Assembly (NCBI GenBank): GCA_964019335.1
Contig: OZ025731.1
Location: 62,001 to 126,000, forward strand
Direction: 5' to 3'
Origin: Diplonema japonicum
Lineage: Eukaryota > Protista > Euglenozoa: Diplonemea
DNA: 64,000 nt
Both the position numbers and the translations under genes were made by a program. Of the stretch, positions 10,919 through 23,261 are shown one piece after another. The notes under the pieces were generated by a model. The model ran no database searches and was not told where the DNA came from. It was given only the letters and a program-made list of their open reading frames with translations. Positions within the stretch are counted from its first letter, which is position 1. Every line of letters starts with the position of its first letter.

Positions 10919-12840
10919 ATGCCACGCAGAGTGAAAAAAATCCCCGAATGGCTTAGAGGCAAAACGCCAGAATTCAGTGAAACCGAAGGACTGAACGACC
11001 ACGTGACCTGCTCCCTGCATCAAGGAGGGAAGCTCGAGAAGGGAAGACTATATTTCACCACAAACCATATAGTATACTCAGGAACGAGCAGCCACATCGT
11101 CGTAAAAAACAGCAAGGCAAGCTCTCACACCGATGGCAAGCACGTTGTACTGAAAGCTGACGACAAGAAATACGTACTGGCACCAGAGGAACCGAGACAA
11201 TGCGAGTCCATATCAAGAGCAATCCTTCGCGCGGCGAGATCCAGTGAAATAACAGCAAACACACCGCAACACAGGCCTCAAGACGATGTGAGCGAGGCGG
11301 GGATGGAACATGAAGATCTAGAAAGCAACGACGAGAGAGACGAAGATGACGAACAACCCCTCCCCGCATCATACCAAATCGCCACCGAGAAGCTCCTATA
11401 CACAACAGTTCAACGGGTACACTTCGGCGTCCCAAGTGAAGTGAAAGGTTCCAAACTAGTTGGAAGTTTTGTAATACCGTCCTTGTCGCTCAGTCAAGTA
11501 CGGGATGTAATATTCAGCGACTCGTCAACCTTTATGTCCGCGTACCATAAAAAACTCGGCGACGTTGAACCGACTGTCCCGAAGTGGACTGTCTCCAACC
11601 CTGCTGAAAAAGGAGGGACGAGAATGTTCACCTGCAAGACACAAACTCCGTTTGGCGTCACTCCCTTCAACGAATCGCAACGTTACACTGTACACAAATC
11701 AGGTGATTCCACCATTATGACGTATCAAGGTTCCGCGCAATGCCCCAAGGCAAGCTTCGGCGAGACGTTCAGGGTTCAAACGTTGCTTGAATTCGTTCCG
11801 GAGAAGCACGGTGTGAGGGTGTCGTTCTACGGGATGCTCAAATGGGCTGGGTCCAAACCCTCGCTTGTCGGGAGGGTCATCGAGGAAAGCGTAGCGACGT
11901 CGTTGCCGAAATCTTTTCAAGCGTTTAAAGAGATCGGGTTGGAGCTTGCTTCGAGGGTGAAACCGCAGGGCAACAATGCCACTATTAAGAAGTCCTCTCG
12001 TGGGCCGTCAAATGCATCGTTTTCAGCCCCCCATCGATCGGCCACCCCGCCTCCGCAGGAACCTGTTGTGGTTGATGAAAATTCTTCCGCACCATCGAAG
12101 GCACCGGAAGCTAGCGGGCTTCCTTTGGTACTAGCAGCGATTGCGGTGTTGCTCTGTGTTATGTATTTGTGGAGTTCCCGCTCGCTTGGAAGAGCCGAGG
12201 AGAAGCTTGAGAATGTGAAGGAACACCACCCCGATTATGTATTTCAAATGGGAATGGAACGCCTTGCCGCTCGAAGAGGCAATTTAATGAAGTTGAAATC
12301 GACGTTGACGAGTCTTGGAGGCGGCGGGCTGGCTGCACTATCCTCAGCGGAGAAGCATGATATTTACAAGAGGATTACAGAACTTAAAACTGCTTTACGC
12401 CCTTATCATGCACAGCATGAGGGTGGTAAGCAAAGGGATCGGGATGTGCAGCAGCAGGGCAAACCTGCGGGTGAACATGTTGCGGACGATACCCCTGAGC
12501 AGAATGGTGTTCCAGCACAGCCACCCCGTGCCCCGCCTCCTTCTGGTGTTGTGCATAATTCGCAGCAACAACAACATAGTCAGTGCCCTCAGTGTGAAGA
12601 CTGTGGTTCGGTGGCCAGCTCGCTTCAGGCACGGCATGCTGCTGAAGTTGCCGAGTTGCGTAAATTGCTCACTGAGCAAGGGGATAGAATGTACCAGGAA
12701 CAGGTTTGGAAGGGGAAAAAAAAAAAGAAATAAATAAAACACAGCACGATACTCTGTTCCGTCTGCGCCTCTTAACAGTCATAGCAACCATTTCTTTTTG
12801 TTTCACAATACGTCAGCTTGTGAGCATGGTTTCGCCGTGA
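10919..12840 (+). CDS. GRAM/PH-like + VASt (StART-like) lipid-transfer protein with TM segments; exons 10919-12703, 12745-12840
   Basis: GRLYFTTNHIVY (GRAM-like); VIFSDSSTF, W...GGTRMF and PFGETFRVQT-type VASt motifs; TM near aa 400. Removing intron 12704-12744 adds a hydrophobic tail (LRLLTVIATISFCFTIRQL). Confidence 0.75.
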
Positions 12841-15089
12841 GTCAAGGCCGGGCGAATATAATGTGACGTTCGGTGGAAAAAAAAAAGAAAAAAAAGAACC
12901 CCCCCGGGTGAAACTTTGTATCCCCGACACCCTCCCCTCTAACTTCCTCTTTATTTTGAAGATTCTTCAGGAAAATTCTTCTCCCCCCCCTTTTTTATTT
13001 GTGTTCAAAAAAAAGAGAGAGAAAAGTGTCAAAAAAAAGGGGGGAAAGGGGAAAGGAATTCTTGATCATGTTTGTACATAACTTTCTGACTTGGTTGGTT
13101 CCTCTCTCTCCCCCCTTGTTTCCCAGTTTGTGTTTTCCCCAACGCACGGGGGGGAAACAGAAAAAAAAAAGGGGGGGCTGCTTTAAAGTACAAATTCAGA
13201 TTTCCTGGTTCGGTGCAGGTTTTACAAAAAAAAAGTGTAAAACTGGATCACTCAGATCACTTTTATATTTTGTTGAAAAGCGAGGACTACACATCAAGTT
13301 CTTCACTTTTACCGGAAAAAGTGTCAAAGCGAGGCCGCGTGAACCTATCCATTAGGATCACACAGATTAAAAAAGAAAAAAAAAAAAAAAAATAACAGGC
13401 TGAAGCGCCAGGGCATGCTGGTGAGCGCGAAAAACCAAATATGCGTAGCTTTATTTCCTCCTTCCCGCCTTTTGAAAAAGCATTTTCTTTGGGTTCAAAA
13501 AAAAAAGAAAAGAAAGCCCCGCATCTTTTTTATCTCTCCTTTTTTTTTTGATATATCGAAAGCTATTGCGTCATTTTCTAGGAAGGTTTTTTCTTTCTTT
13601 TTTTTTTTTCTTCTTCTTCTTCCTCCTCTCTCCGCCCTTCTTGTTTTCTCAGTGCAGAATGCAAACTCGGGTTTAAAGACCATATTTTCCCTAAAAGTAT
13701 CAAGAAAGGTTTTTTAAGGTTGCCAAAGGGGGGGATCCACCTTCATTCTGTTAATGATGTGTATGATGCTCAAACAACTCATGCCCTTGAAGCTTAGCTC
13801 CTATTTCTCCCCGAAGATACAGTCCCCAGGAGGGAGTTGGATTGGACAACGATATCGAAAAAAAAAAAGGAAAAAAAAAAGATATTGAAACCCTTGTCCG
13901 AGCCGGTGCGGAAAATGAAATAAAATAAAAATAAAAAATAAAAAAAGGCTATTTATTGCCAACAAATTATGAGTCATTATTCAACTCGAGTTCTCCCGAA
14001 TTCTTTTTGCACGAGGGGCCGCACGAAGAGTGAAATAAAATATAATAATAATAATAATAAAAAAGTACAACCCACCCCCTCTACACTTCTTGTATTATTT
14101 CTTTTTTTTCTTTTTTTTTCTTTTTTTGTATTCGGGGGGGGGGGGGGGGGGGGGGCTGGGGGGGGAGTGGAGTGATTAATTAAGTAGCACAACATTTAAA
14201 AGGAAAAAAAATGAAAAAATATCCATAAGCGCAATTTTTTTGTGGAGAGATTTTTTCTCAATGCAAGAATCTTCTTCTTCTTTTTTTTTTTTTTTTTTTT
14301 TAGGCGCGCAGAATCAAAGCTCTCATCGTAAAGATAAACACAGCATCGCCATTGGAGGAAAGGCAGCTATTGGTTTCTCCAGGAGGCCTATTTTCGCCAC
14401 CCGCTCCACGCACGACAAGCTAATGGAGTTGAAAGCCGCCTACAAGCGGGACCGCATCACACGACTCCGCAAGACGCTCACGGCCTCAATCGGAATGAAA
14501 GCAATGCTCCAGAAGGGGAGTATTAACAGATAGACCCCCCCCCCTCCCATATGGCGGCCCTCTAGCGGGGGGCTTGTCCTGTACTTTGAGTTTTTTTTTT
14601 TTTTTTTTTTACTTCACTATTCCCCCCCCCTTTTTTTTACTTCCTTTCCTCATCCATTGGACATTAAGTTCATAAAGGCGTGACAAAGGTGGAAATTATC
14701 AATCCATTCGTAAGATAAGGGCTTTCAGTGCCACAAACACCTCTCGCTTTTCTGTGATTCCTGGAATTGACCTTGTTACTGTTGTGTGTCGTGACGGGTA
14801 GAAACGCTCTTCTCTCAGAGGAAGGGCAGTCGGAGTAAGGGTTGTGTGTACCTTTTACCACCCCCCCCCCCCCTTTTCTTTTATGAATAGTGTGCTTCCC
14901 CGCACACCCCTATTTTTCTTTACCGATTTTTTTTTCTTTTTTTTTTATGTACCTTTCGAATGAATCGGAGAAAAAAAAAAAAAGAAAGAAAGCGAACAAG
15001 AAAAAAAAATTTGTTATGGGATCTACTATTTCCTTTTCTGTTTTACTTTGGAAAAAATTAAAAAAAAAAAAAGAGGTAAAAAAGTATTT

Positions 15090-16841
15090 ATGGCGGCTGA
15101 AAAACGACTAAGATGGAGAGAGCTGCTTGACAGACAGGAGGTAGAAGTGGCCGCCGCTGAGATTAAAGAGGCCGCTGAAGGTGGTGATGGGGACGCCTTG
15201 ATGGTAGGTATAAGGGAAAGGGGAGGGAAATAAACTGCAAACATATCAGATGATGGGAGAGATCTTGGCAAGCTGCAACCTGCGTGAGGCGGCGGTCCTT
15301 CACTACGAGAAGGGAGCGCAAGCTGGCAGCGCAATCAGCATGTTTAAGTACTCAACAAGCCAGCTGCAAGTCGAAGGCGACCCTCTTGTGGGGGTAGGAA
15401 AGGTTATTCTTGACGACAAGACCTTGACCGCTCTGTCTTGGATGGAGCAGAGCGTGGCAGCTCTGGAGCAGTCCACAGAACCATTAAGCGATGACGAGGA
15501 GACCACCCTCGCTACAGCACGCCTCTACCAGGCTCTGGTCCTGATGGACTGCCCCTCCGTCACCGAGGCCAAAGAGATCGCCTACTCAGACGCGCACGCT
15601 GTCCTCACCACCCTGTGCACGGAGCTCACTTCGGGCTCCAGACGTTGTACTACCTTCCTGCGCCCCTCTTCCCTCTACCACCTTGGGATCGTTTCTCTTC
15701 TCTTGAACCCGGAAGCCATCGCGGAGGCTATTACCCACCTTGAAGAAGCGTCCCTCATGGGCCACCCAGCGGCCACGGCAAAACTTGAAGAGCTTCGTGT
15801 CAGCAAAGTCGAAGAGGTCCCAGCTGACATCGTCGTTCCCGAACGCACTCACGAGGTGCCGCCTCAGGCCACCCCTACACCCGCACCAGTCCATGTGCCT
15901 GAACCATCGCCTGTGTCTGTACCTGTAGCTGAGCCTGTGCCTGTGCCTGTACCTGTGCCCGAAGCCCCGCAGAAGAAGCCGGAACTGGTGCATACGATCC
16001 AACCCAAGCCTGTTCAGCCCGAAGTGTCAAGGCCGGCTGAAAAGTCGTACCCTGTGCCGCCTTGGAAAGAACCTCAGGGGCAGGCCCACAGCGAGATGTC
16101 GCTCAGGATGCTGAAGCAAGACGAGGCCATCGAGCAGCTGAAGCGGTTTGTCGAACAACAGCAGGGCGAGATAGAGGCCCTCAAGGACAGGGTCATGCAG
16201 CTGGTATGGCACAGGCTATTGAAACATAACACCCACCACAGGAGGGAGGGACCACGAAGCAGCAGGAACAGGCGGGCGGGTTCAACCGTGCGAGGCTGCC
16301 GCCGTCTGCGTTTGTATCTGCTGATGGAAGCACCGTGGTCGGGAGGAAAGGGACACGGCCCTTCAATGTGATGACAAATGTGCAACTGACCTCGGAGACA
16401 GTGTGCGAGTGGGACATCCGTGTCGACGCCAAGGAGGGCGCGTGCTGGAACGTGGTCCTCGGCGTGATGCCACGTGGCACCATGTCCGTGGAAGTGAAGC
16501 CTGGGGACGTCAAGACCTCATGGGGTGTCGACATTAACAAAAAACTCATTTGCGAGGTCTACGATCAGAAGACACACGCCACAAGCTGGATGAGCGGGTG
16601 GATCAAGAACGGGGCAACCATCAGAGTGAAATGGGACGGCCCGCAGTCACAACTGAGATTTTGGCGACTGAGCCCTCGAGAGGTATGCTGAGGAACAAAC
16701 GAAAACCCACCATAGTTCGGTTCGAAAACAGAATTTGGCTTCCACAAGCTTTCTCTAGACCCCACCATGGAGTGGGGACCTGCTGTGTGGATCGACTCCA
16801 AGATCTCCGACGTGTCTGCCACGCTCAAACTCTTATCTTAG
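15090..16841 (+). CDS. Sel1-like repeat + Pro-rich linker + coiled coil + SPRY-like domain protein; exons 15090-15203, 15250-16203, 16242-16682, 16716-16841
   Basis: Three GT-AG introns (46, 38, 33 nt) join the listed ORF pieces in frame. AAEGGDGDALM, YEKGAQAG and LEEASLMGHPAA resemble Sel1 repeats; WDIRVD..VVLGV..SWGV..GATIRVKWD resembles SPRY. Confidence 0.7.
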
Positions 16842-16970
16842 GCTGACACCGCGGCCTCTAACCTAGCCGCCGATGACGTGAAAACTAGTCTTTTTCTCTT
16901 TTCCCATAGGATTTTTTTTTCTTTTTCTGTAACCTGGCCCGTCTACCGTCAGACAGGAAATGACAGCTGC

Positions 16971-19900
16971 ATGCGTATCATATTTTTGCTAGCGGTGCTA
17001 CTTGAAGGAGGTGCTGGCGTCGGTCCGGCGTGCAGCTGCGGGCATGGGTCTTGCGTGAGTGGCACGAACACCTGCTTGTGCGACGACAGCGACATCGGGC
17101 ACTGGGCAGGGCTTATGTGTAACGACTGCGCCTCAGGATGGGCTGGGAGCACTTGTACCACACCATGTCAGGGGGGATCATGTGCTCCTTGCAATGGCCA
17201 CGGAGTGTGCGATGCCGGCTTCTCGGGAGGCGGTAGCTGCTCTTGCTCACAAAGCCTCGCAAATGGGTTCTGGCAAGGTATCTCGTGTGAAGAGTGCCTG
17301 ACAGGTTACTACGGACCTGACTGCAAGTCACGCTGCACAGCTAGCGCATGCAACGGGCATGGCAAATGCCACGAAGGGCGAGAGGGTGACGGGTCGTGCC
17401 TGTGCTTCGATGGATGGGACAAAACAACCGACTGCTCAACCTGTATCCCCTCCCGGTGGGGCGATTGCCAATCGGAATGCGTGAACACTGTTGGCCTCCC
17501 CACGCAGCGCCTGCCTTGCAACGGCCATGGGACATGCTCGTATGGCGTGTCAGGTACTGGCGAGTGCATTAGCTGCGATCCCAACTGGGCAGGGATTGGG
17601 TGTCAGTATCAGTGCAAGTGCCTTCCGCAGCACGGGACATGCAACCAGAACATCACTGGTGATGGGTCCTGCACGTGTGCCGCAAAGCGAGTCCCACCAG
17701 ACTGCGCCAGCTGCGAGAATGGATGGGGCGGCAGCACATGTAACGTAGCTTGCCCTGGCACGCCTCCTTGCAGCAACAACGGTGCCTGTGATATCACAAC
17801 AGCCACCTGCACCTGTGCCCCTGGGTACACAAAATCTGACTGTAGTCTTGCATGCCCTGGGCACCTGCCATGCAGTGGCCATGGGACGTGTTCAATGTTG
17901 CCCGGTGGCCAGGCGTCATGCACCTGCGCAGCAGATCCCGCCGACGGCTACTGGACGGGAGCCGATTGCTCGCAGTGCAGCAATGGGTGGAGCGGCCACT
18001 CAGCCGTCACGCTATGCACCCAAGCGTGCCTTCAAACACCACAAGGGGTGTGCTCTGGTAAGGGCATTTGCAGGGAAGGGGTGTGCCATTGTATGCGCAA
18101 CTGGGAACCGCCTGACTATGTGGATTACTGCGGTGATGCGTGTGAGTCCACTGGATCCCAGTGCACAGGGCTCTGCGGTGAAGGGCTGCACGGCATCGGG
18201 TGCAGGTACACGTGCCCTGGTTTTGGTGTTGCAATTTGCAACGGGCATGGTCGATGCACAAAGACGGGCGTGTGTGTCTGTGACCTGCCCACATCGGTGG
18301 AGCAGTGGGTAGGGAGCAACTGCGATCAAAGGTGTCCGACGAGCTCCGTTGGGCCGTGCAGCTATCCTGTGGGCGGGGCGTGCAACAACGTAACGGGGCT
18401 TTGCGATTGTTTCCCAGGCTTTTTCGGGTCAATCTGTGAGGGGGTGTGTCCCATGTCGCAGGGTATGGTGTGCAACGGCCATGGCAGTTGTTCAGATGGA
18501 CCAGGGGGCAGTGGCACGTGCAGCTGTGATTCAGGGTGGGTGGGCCCCGCATGTGAAGGGCCTTGCAGGTGCCCCAGATATGCATCGTGCGGTCCCATGG
18601 GATGTGTCTGCGATCAGGGCTTTACGGGCATCGGATGCGATATATGCGAGCCTGGGCTGCATGGGACGAAGTGCAATGAGACATGTGCAATGGGAACCAC
18701 TGTGGGGACGGATTGCACGTGCAGCCCGTACTATGCTGGGGTCGACTGCGACATTGAGTGTGTAACAGTGCATGCCAAGATCTGTGCAGGGCACGGGTCG
18801 TGCCGCGAGGGCTCGGGGAACGACGGCGGGTGTGACTGTGCTGTAGACTGGTACGGGTCCGACTGCTCGACTTGGTGCACAGCGTACGATTGCATTCAGA
18901 ATCACGGACTCAAAAGGGCTATGTGCAACGCAGGCACTGGTGAGTGCGAGTGCCCGTCGCACTGGGGCGGCACCACGTGTGACGACTGCAGCGATGATTG
19001 GTGGGGACCAACGTGCGCCGAGAAGTGTAACTGCAACAACCACGGTTCATGTAATAGAGAAACAGGGGAGTGCAAGTGCTATAGTTACCAAGGCTCGTTC
19101 ACTGGCGAGCGTTGCGAAGACTGTTCACGTCATTTCACAGGCATCAACTGTACGTTGCACAAAGTCTGCACCACGCAAGGTGCACCTCTAGAACCTCTTC
19201 TTGTTGATCCTGTGTCGGGGAACCTCGCCCCCGTGACGAGTTACTCACCTTATGGCCTTTGGGTCGACACGCGGGCAGGCGGGGGATATATTTACACCGG
19301 TGGGAACCCTCTGGTTGCTTGGGGGGTGCACCGCCCTCGCGACGATCTCACTGTTCTCAACACGACGTCACTTGTATCAGGAGTGCTGAAAGACATGTTT
19401 GGTATTGATGGGAACCTGTACATTGTGCTCGCACCTGGCAGACATGCAGCTACGCAATTGGTAAGCCTGCAACCCGTTCCACGCCCGCCCACGTTTGGGA
19501 AAGGCAGCCCTTTCGGCACGGTGATGATTGAGGCCCTGTCGGACACGACCGCGGAGCACGTGGCGTCGTTTGCCAACACAACCAGCACGACGGTGGTGTA
19601 TGTGCAGACGAAGAATGGTGTGCGCACCTTGCATGTGAACGTACTGGGGTGTCGTGGGACAAGCGCTGTATGCACTTCTGGAGTTGTGGGGCTTGACAAA
19701 CCTGCCGATGTCCTAGCCGTAGGACCTGCATATATTTATCTCGGAGGGTCTGTAGGGGGGATATGGACCATGCACGCGATGCGATGGGCTGTCGTCGGGT
19801 CTTCCGTGAAGATAGGGGTCGCCGAGGCTATGGACAGCCCCGTAGGCACAGGAGCGCTTCTAGTAGGGAAACTGACGTACCTGAAGCCCATCGGTGCAGA

Positions 19901-22900
19901 CGGTGCTGTGGCAATAGTTACAGGGAAGACACAAGTGGACCTTGTGAAGTGGAGCACAGTGGCGGACAAAGCTGAGTGGATGCCGCTTCTGCACGACTCC
20001 TCGGAGTTGGTCACCGCCCTGGCAGTCGACGAGCTGCTAACCGCCGCCTTCGTTGGCGTGAGCAAGAATGGAAAACCCGGGGCCCTGATGAAAGTATCCT
20101 TGCTGGCTGCACCCCTTATTTTCGACATCACGGAGCTTTCGCACATAGCAGTTGGTGGCGTGCTCATCCCAGAGGTCATCTCCGCGCTGTATGTCGATGC
20201 GCCCACGAGAACTCTCTACGCTCTCATCTCACCGCACGACTCGATTAAAATACAGACCTTTCTCTTATGGGAGGTGGGCGATGGCACTGGGGCTGCTTTC
20301 CATCCTACATTGGTGGACTCGGCGGGCGGCACGCCGGTCACCATCACAGGAAGGGGTTTCCGGAATATCAAGCTTGGTGAAATGGTACCAGGGAGCCATA
20401 CCGGGGCCATGGGCAGGCCGGAGTGCAGTTGGATGATGTTAAACAAGACTCAGCTGGCAGTCACGGCGGGTGTTGTTGTGAACAGCACGGTGATAGTGTG
20501 TGACTCGCCATTCCTTGATGAGGCGTGCAACGAGGTTGTGGTGGAGGTGTCGCTGGACGGGACCAGAGCAACAGAATGTGCAAAAACAGTTCTACACGTA
20601 CTCAGCCCGTCGGTGACAGCCGTTGTGCCTGGCAGGGGCATACACAGTGGGGGGTACAGCGTTACAGTGCACGGCGAGGGCTTCGTCAATGTACCTGCCC
20701 TGTCGTGCAGATTTGTTCTTGGATGTGATGGTAACCACGGGCTAGAGAAATGCCCAGTACAGTGCACAGCGTACGATGAGATTGCGATTGTCACAGGCAC
20801 GCAGTGGGTCACGTACATCTCCCCCACAGAAGTGCACTGCATACAGCCGCCCATGACAAGCTCCGGAGAAGCTATCCTAGATGTCACTCTCGATGGCTGT
20901 CGTCCGAGTGTCCACCCGGGCACCATCCAGATGGTAGGTGAAGCTGTGGGCATAAAGGCCCTCGGTCCCAGTCCATTGGAAGTGGTCTCGATGAACGAAA
21001 TAGAATTCCCCACGCTGAAGGTGGCGGTGGTTGACTCACGGGGCGTGCCGTTGCTTGAATTGCACGACCTGCTGAACAGACCTGTGTCCGTGAGGCTGAA
21101 TGGAACAGGTCAACTGCATGGCGTGCTGACGGAGTTCATGGACAGCAACGGCACGGCGCACTTCGCGAAGGTCTCGATGGCGAAGGGGAACAACACGCGG
21201 ACGATGCTCATATTTGACGAGCACATTTCAGGCTGGACGACCAGCTTAGACGTCATCATCACAGCAGGTGTCGCCGCTAAACTGGTCTTCACCACACAGC
21301 CCTCTGCGGTGACTGAGTGGAACGGGCTCCCCCTCCTCACACAGCCTGTCGTGCAGCTCCATGACGATTTGGGAAACAGCATTTTTAGTGCCGAGCAGGC
21401 CTACAAGGTCACATGCGGGGTGCTGGCCGATCGCGACCACGCTGCAGCAACGAGTACAACCTTTATTAATGAGATAGGCATCGGGGGGGACAAAACCACC
21501 TTTGACAACGTAGGCTTCACAGGAAACTTTGGCACCACCTACCGGTTGGTGTGTCAGTCACCTGGCTTACAAACTGTTGTTTCGGACGACATCACAGCAC
21601 GGCCATGTCCGGACTACCAGTACCAACCGCAGAATGAATCGAACTGCAAGGACTGCCCCACAGAGGCGTTGTGCGACGGAAGCATGGTGCTGGAAGGCAA
21701 AACAGGGTACTGGAGAAGTGAGAATGCAACTGAGTTCACAGCATGCCCGGAGAGGAGCGGGTGCGTTGGAGGGGTGACATCGAACTGCAGTGAAGGGTAC
21801 AAAGGCCCGCTGTGTGCAGTGTGCAAGTCAGGGTACGCTCAGGCGTTCTCTGGGTGCGTGGAGTGCAGCCCTGCTGGATACTTCATGATGACGTTGCTGT
21901 GGTGTGTTGTGTGGGTTGTTGTCATGGCGGTGGCCGTCTATAGTTACTTGCAAACACCTGCATCCGACGGCGAAGCGGAGTCGAAAAAGGAGGCAGGCGT
22001 GCGTTTTCGTATCCTCATAGAACACTTGCAGCACACGGCACTGCTGGGGTGGCTTTACATCGACTGGGGAAGCCCCATGACAGGCATGCTTCATATATAC
22101 GACATCTTCACCGGTCCTGTTGCAACAGACTGCTGGCTGCGCAGCATCGACATGAATGAGAAGGACGCCTTCATTGGGTATATGCTAACACCGTTGGCGG
22201 CATGCGTGCCTGCAGGGCTCGTCTGGGTGCTTTCAAAGCGCACGGTCCCGCCAAGCCGACAAGATGCCATGCAAAGCGAACCGCTCGGATGGTGGAGAAT
22301 AGCCAGTGCCACGGGCTGTCTGACAGTAGTGATCGCATACTTCGGCATCGTGTTGAGGGTGCTATCTATGCTGCGATGCACCAGCGTCGAGGGTTCTTCC
22401 TATCTTTTAGCAGACTTCAGAGTTTCATGCAATACAGCCGGGTACACACCGTACCAAGTTACCGCTATTCTGTTGGTGCTGGTGTATTGCGCGGGAGTAC
22501 CAGCCGCTGTGGCTTACCTAGGCAGGAAAGGGGAAAAAACAGTGGCAGCGTTCTTTATCGATGGGTACCGGGAACACGTGTGGTACTGGTACGTAGTGGG
22601 CATGGGGAGAAGGGTTATAACCCTGATGCTGGTTGTGTTTGTAGGCATGGATGGGGCAACGCAGCTGAGCAGTCTGAAATGGGTTCTTGAAGCCTTTGCA
22701 ATCGCACAGTATTTCATGAAGCCTTACAAAACAGATGTCAATAACTTCGTTGAGATGACGTCTCTTGTCAGCAGCGTCGTCACGCTGACGCTGGGCGAGT
22801 TCTTCACGACCACCTTGTCGACTCCTGAATTCGGGTTCCTCTCCTTCTGTGCAATTGTCTTGAACATTGCAACAACCGCGTACATCTTGTACCATCTTAC

Positions 22901-23261
22901 CGACAGTCTTCGGGTAGCTTTCGCCAGAGAGTTCGACTCTGTCTTGACGAAGGACACGACACCGACAGCTTCCCTGACCGAGCCGCTGCTGAACGAGGAA
23001 CAAGAACTCCCCGAAGTGCCGGAAGAACAAGAAGAAGACGAGGAAGAAGAGGAAGTAGATGACGGCGACGAAGAAGAACAGCAAGACGAGAACAATTATA
23101 GACACAACCCCCTCCCACTTGCCCCGCCACCCCCGGTCTTATCAAGCTGCTTGTATTGCCAAGCAGAGTTCATGGAGCTTGCGAACTATACAGGATGCTG
23201 CCCATCGTCTCCGCAAAGCGGGAAAAGGCACCTGGCAGACCTCCAGGACGTACTTTTATGA
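16971..23261 (+). CDS. Giant membrane protein: signal peptide, many EGF/laminin-EGF repeats, IPT/TIG domains, multi-TM region, acidic tail
   Basis: CNGHGxC repeats over ~730 aa; GGTPVTITGRGF and GGYSVTVHGEGF (IPT); C-terminal hydrophobic helices; first ATG at 16971 starts a signal peptide. Confidence 0.85.
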   Translation: MRIIFLLAVLLEGGAGVGPACSCGHGSCVSGTNTCLCDDSDIGHWAGLMCNDCASGWAGSTCTTPCQGGSCAPCNGHGVCDAGFSGGGSCSCSQSLANGFWQGISCEECLTGYYGPDCKSRCTASACNGHGKCHEGREGDGSCLCFDGWDKTTDCSTCIPSRWGDCQSECVNTVGLPTQRLPCNGHGTCSYGVSGTGECISCDPNWAGIGCQYQCKCLPQHGTCNQNITGDGSCTCAAKRVPPDCASCENGWGGSTCNVACPGTPPCSNNGACDITTATCTCAPGYTKSDCSLACPGHLPCSGHGTCSMLPGGQASCTCAADPADGYWTGADCSQCSNGWSGHSAVTLCTQACLQTPQGVCSGKGICREGVCHCMRNWEPPDYVDYCGDACESTGSQCTGLCGEGLHGIGCRYTCPGFGVAICNGHGRCTKTGVCVCDLPTSVEQWVGSNCDQRCPTSSVGPCSYPVGGACNNVTGLCDCFPGFFGSICEGVCPMSQGMVCNGHGSCSDGPGGSGTCSCDSGWVGPACEGPCRCPRYASCGPMGCVCDQGFTGIGCDICEPGLHGTKCNETCAMGTTVGTDCTCSPYYAGVDCDIECVTVHAKICAGHGSCREGSGNDGGCDCAVDWYGSDCSTWCTAYDCIQNHGLKRAMCNAGTGECECPSHWGGTTCDDCSDDWWGPTCAEKCNCNNHGSCNRETGECKCYSYQGSFTGERCEDCSRHFTGINCTLHKVCTTQGAPLEPLLVDPVSGNLAPVTSYSPYGLWVDTRAGGGYIYTGGNPLVAWGVHRPRDDLTVLNTTSLVSGVLKDMFGIDGNLYIVLAPGRHAATQLVSLQPVPRPPTFGKGSPFGTVMIEALSDTTAEHVASFANTTSTTVVYVQTKNGVRTLHVNVLGCRGTSAVCTSGVVGLDKPADVLAVGPAYIYLGGSVGGIWTMHAMRWAVVGSSVKIGVAEAMDSPVGTGALLVGKLTYLKPIGADGAVAIVTGKTQVDLVKWSTVADKAEWMPLLHDSSELVTALAVDELLTAAFVGVSKNGKPGALMKVSLLAAPLIFDITELSHIAVGGVLIPEVISALYVDAPTRTLYALISPHDSIKIQTFLLWEVGDGTGAAFHPTLVDSAGGTPVTITGRGFRNIKLGEMVPGSHTGAMGRPECSWMMLNKTQLAVTAGVVVNSTVIVCDSPFLDEACNEVVVEVSLDGTRATECAKTVLHVLSPSVTAVVPGRGIHSGGYSVTVHGEGFVNVPALSCRFVLGCDGNHGLEKCPVQCTAYDEIAIVTGTQWVTYISPTEVHCIQPPMTSSGEAILDVTLDGCRPSVHPGTIQMVGEAVGIKALGPSPLEVVSMNEIEFPTLKVAVVDSRGVPLLELHDLLNRPVSVRLNGTGQLHGVLTEFMDSNGTAHFAKVSMAKGNNTRTMLIFDEHISGWTTSLDVIITAGVAAKLVFTTQPSAVTEWNGLPLLTQPVVQLHDDLGNSIFSAEQAYKVTCGVLADRDHAAATSTTFINEIGIGGDKTTFDNVGFTGNFGTTYRLVCQSPGLQTVVSDDITARPCPDYQYQPQNESNCKDCPTEALCDGSMVLEGKTGYWRSENATEFTACPERSGCVGGVTSNCSEGYKGPLCAVCKSGYAQAFSGCVECSPAGYFMMTLLWCVVWVVVMAVAVYSYLQTPASDGEAESKKEAGVRFRILIEHLQHTALLGWLYIDWGSPMTGMLHIYDIFTGPVATDCWLRSIDMNEKDAFIGYMLTPLAACVPAGLVWVLSKRTVPPSRQDAMQSEPLGWWRIASATGCLTVVIAYFGIVLRVLSMLRCTSVEGSSYLLADFRVSCNTAGYTPYQVTAILLVLVYCAGVPAAVAYLGRKGEKTVAAFFIDGYREHVWYWYVVGMGRRVITLMLVVFVGMDGATQLSSLKWVLEAFAIAQYFMKPYKTDVNNFVEMTSLVSSVVTLTLGEFFTTTLSTPEFGFLSFCAIVLNIATTAYILYHLTDSLRVAFAREFDSVLTKDTTPTASLTEPLLNEEQELPEVPEEQEEDEEEEEVDDGDEEEQQDENNYRHNPLPLAPPPPVLSSCLYCQAEFMELANYTGCCPSSPQSGKRHLADLQDVLL

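Noticed and set aside
14300-14860. Possible exons in the 12.9-15.0 kb spacer
   Set aside because: Short coding-like patches with no consistent frame or motif; probably decayed element fragments.
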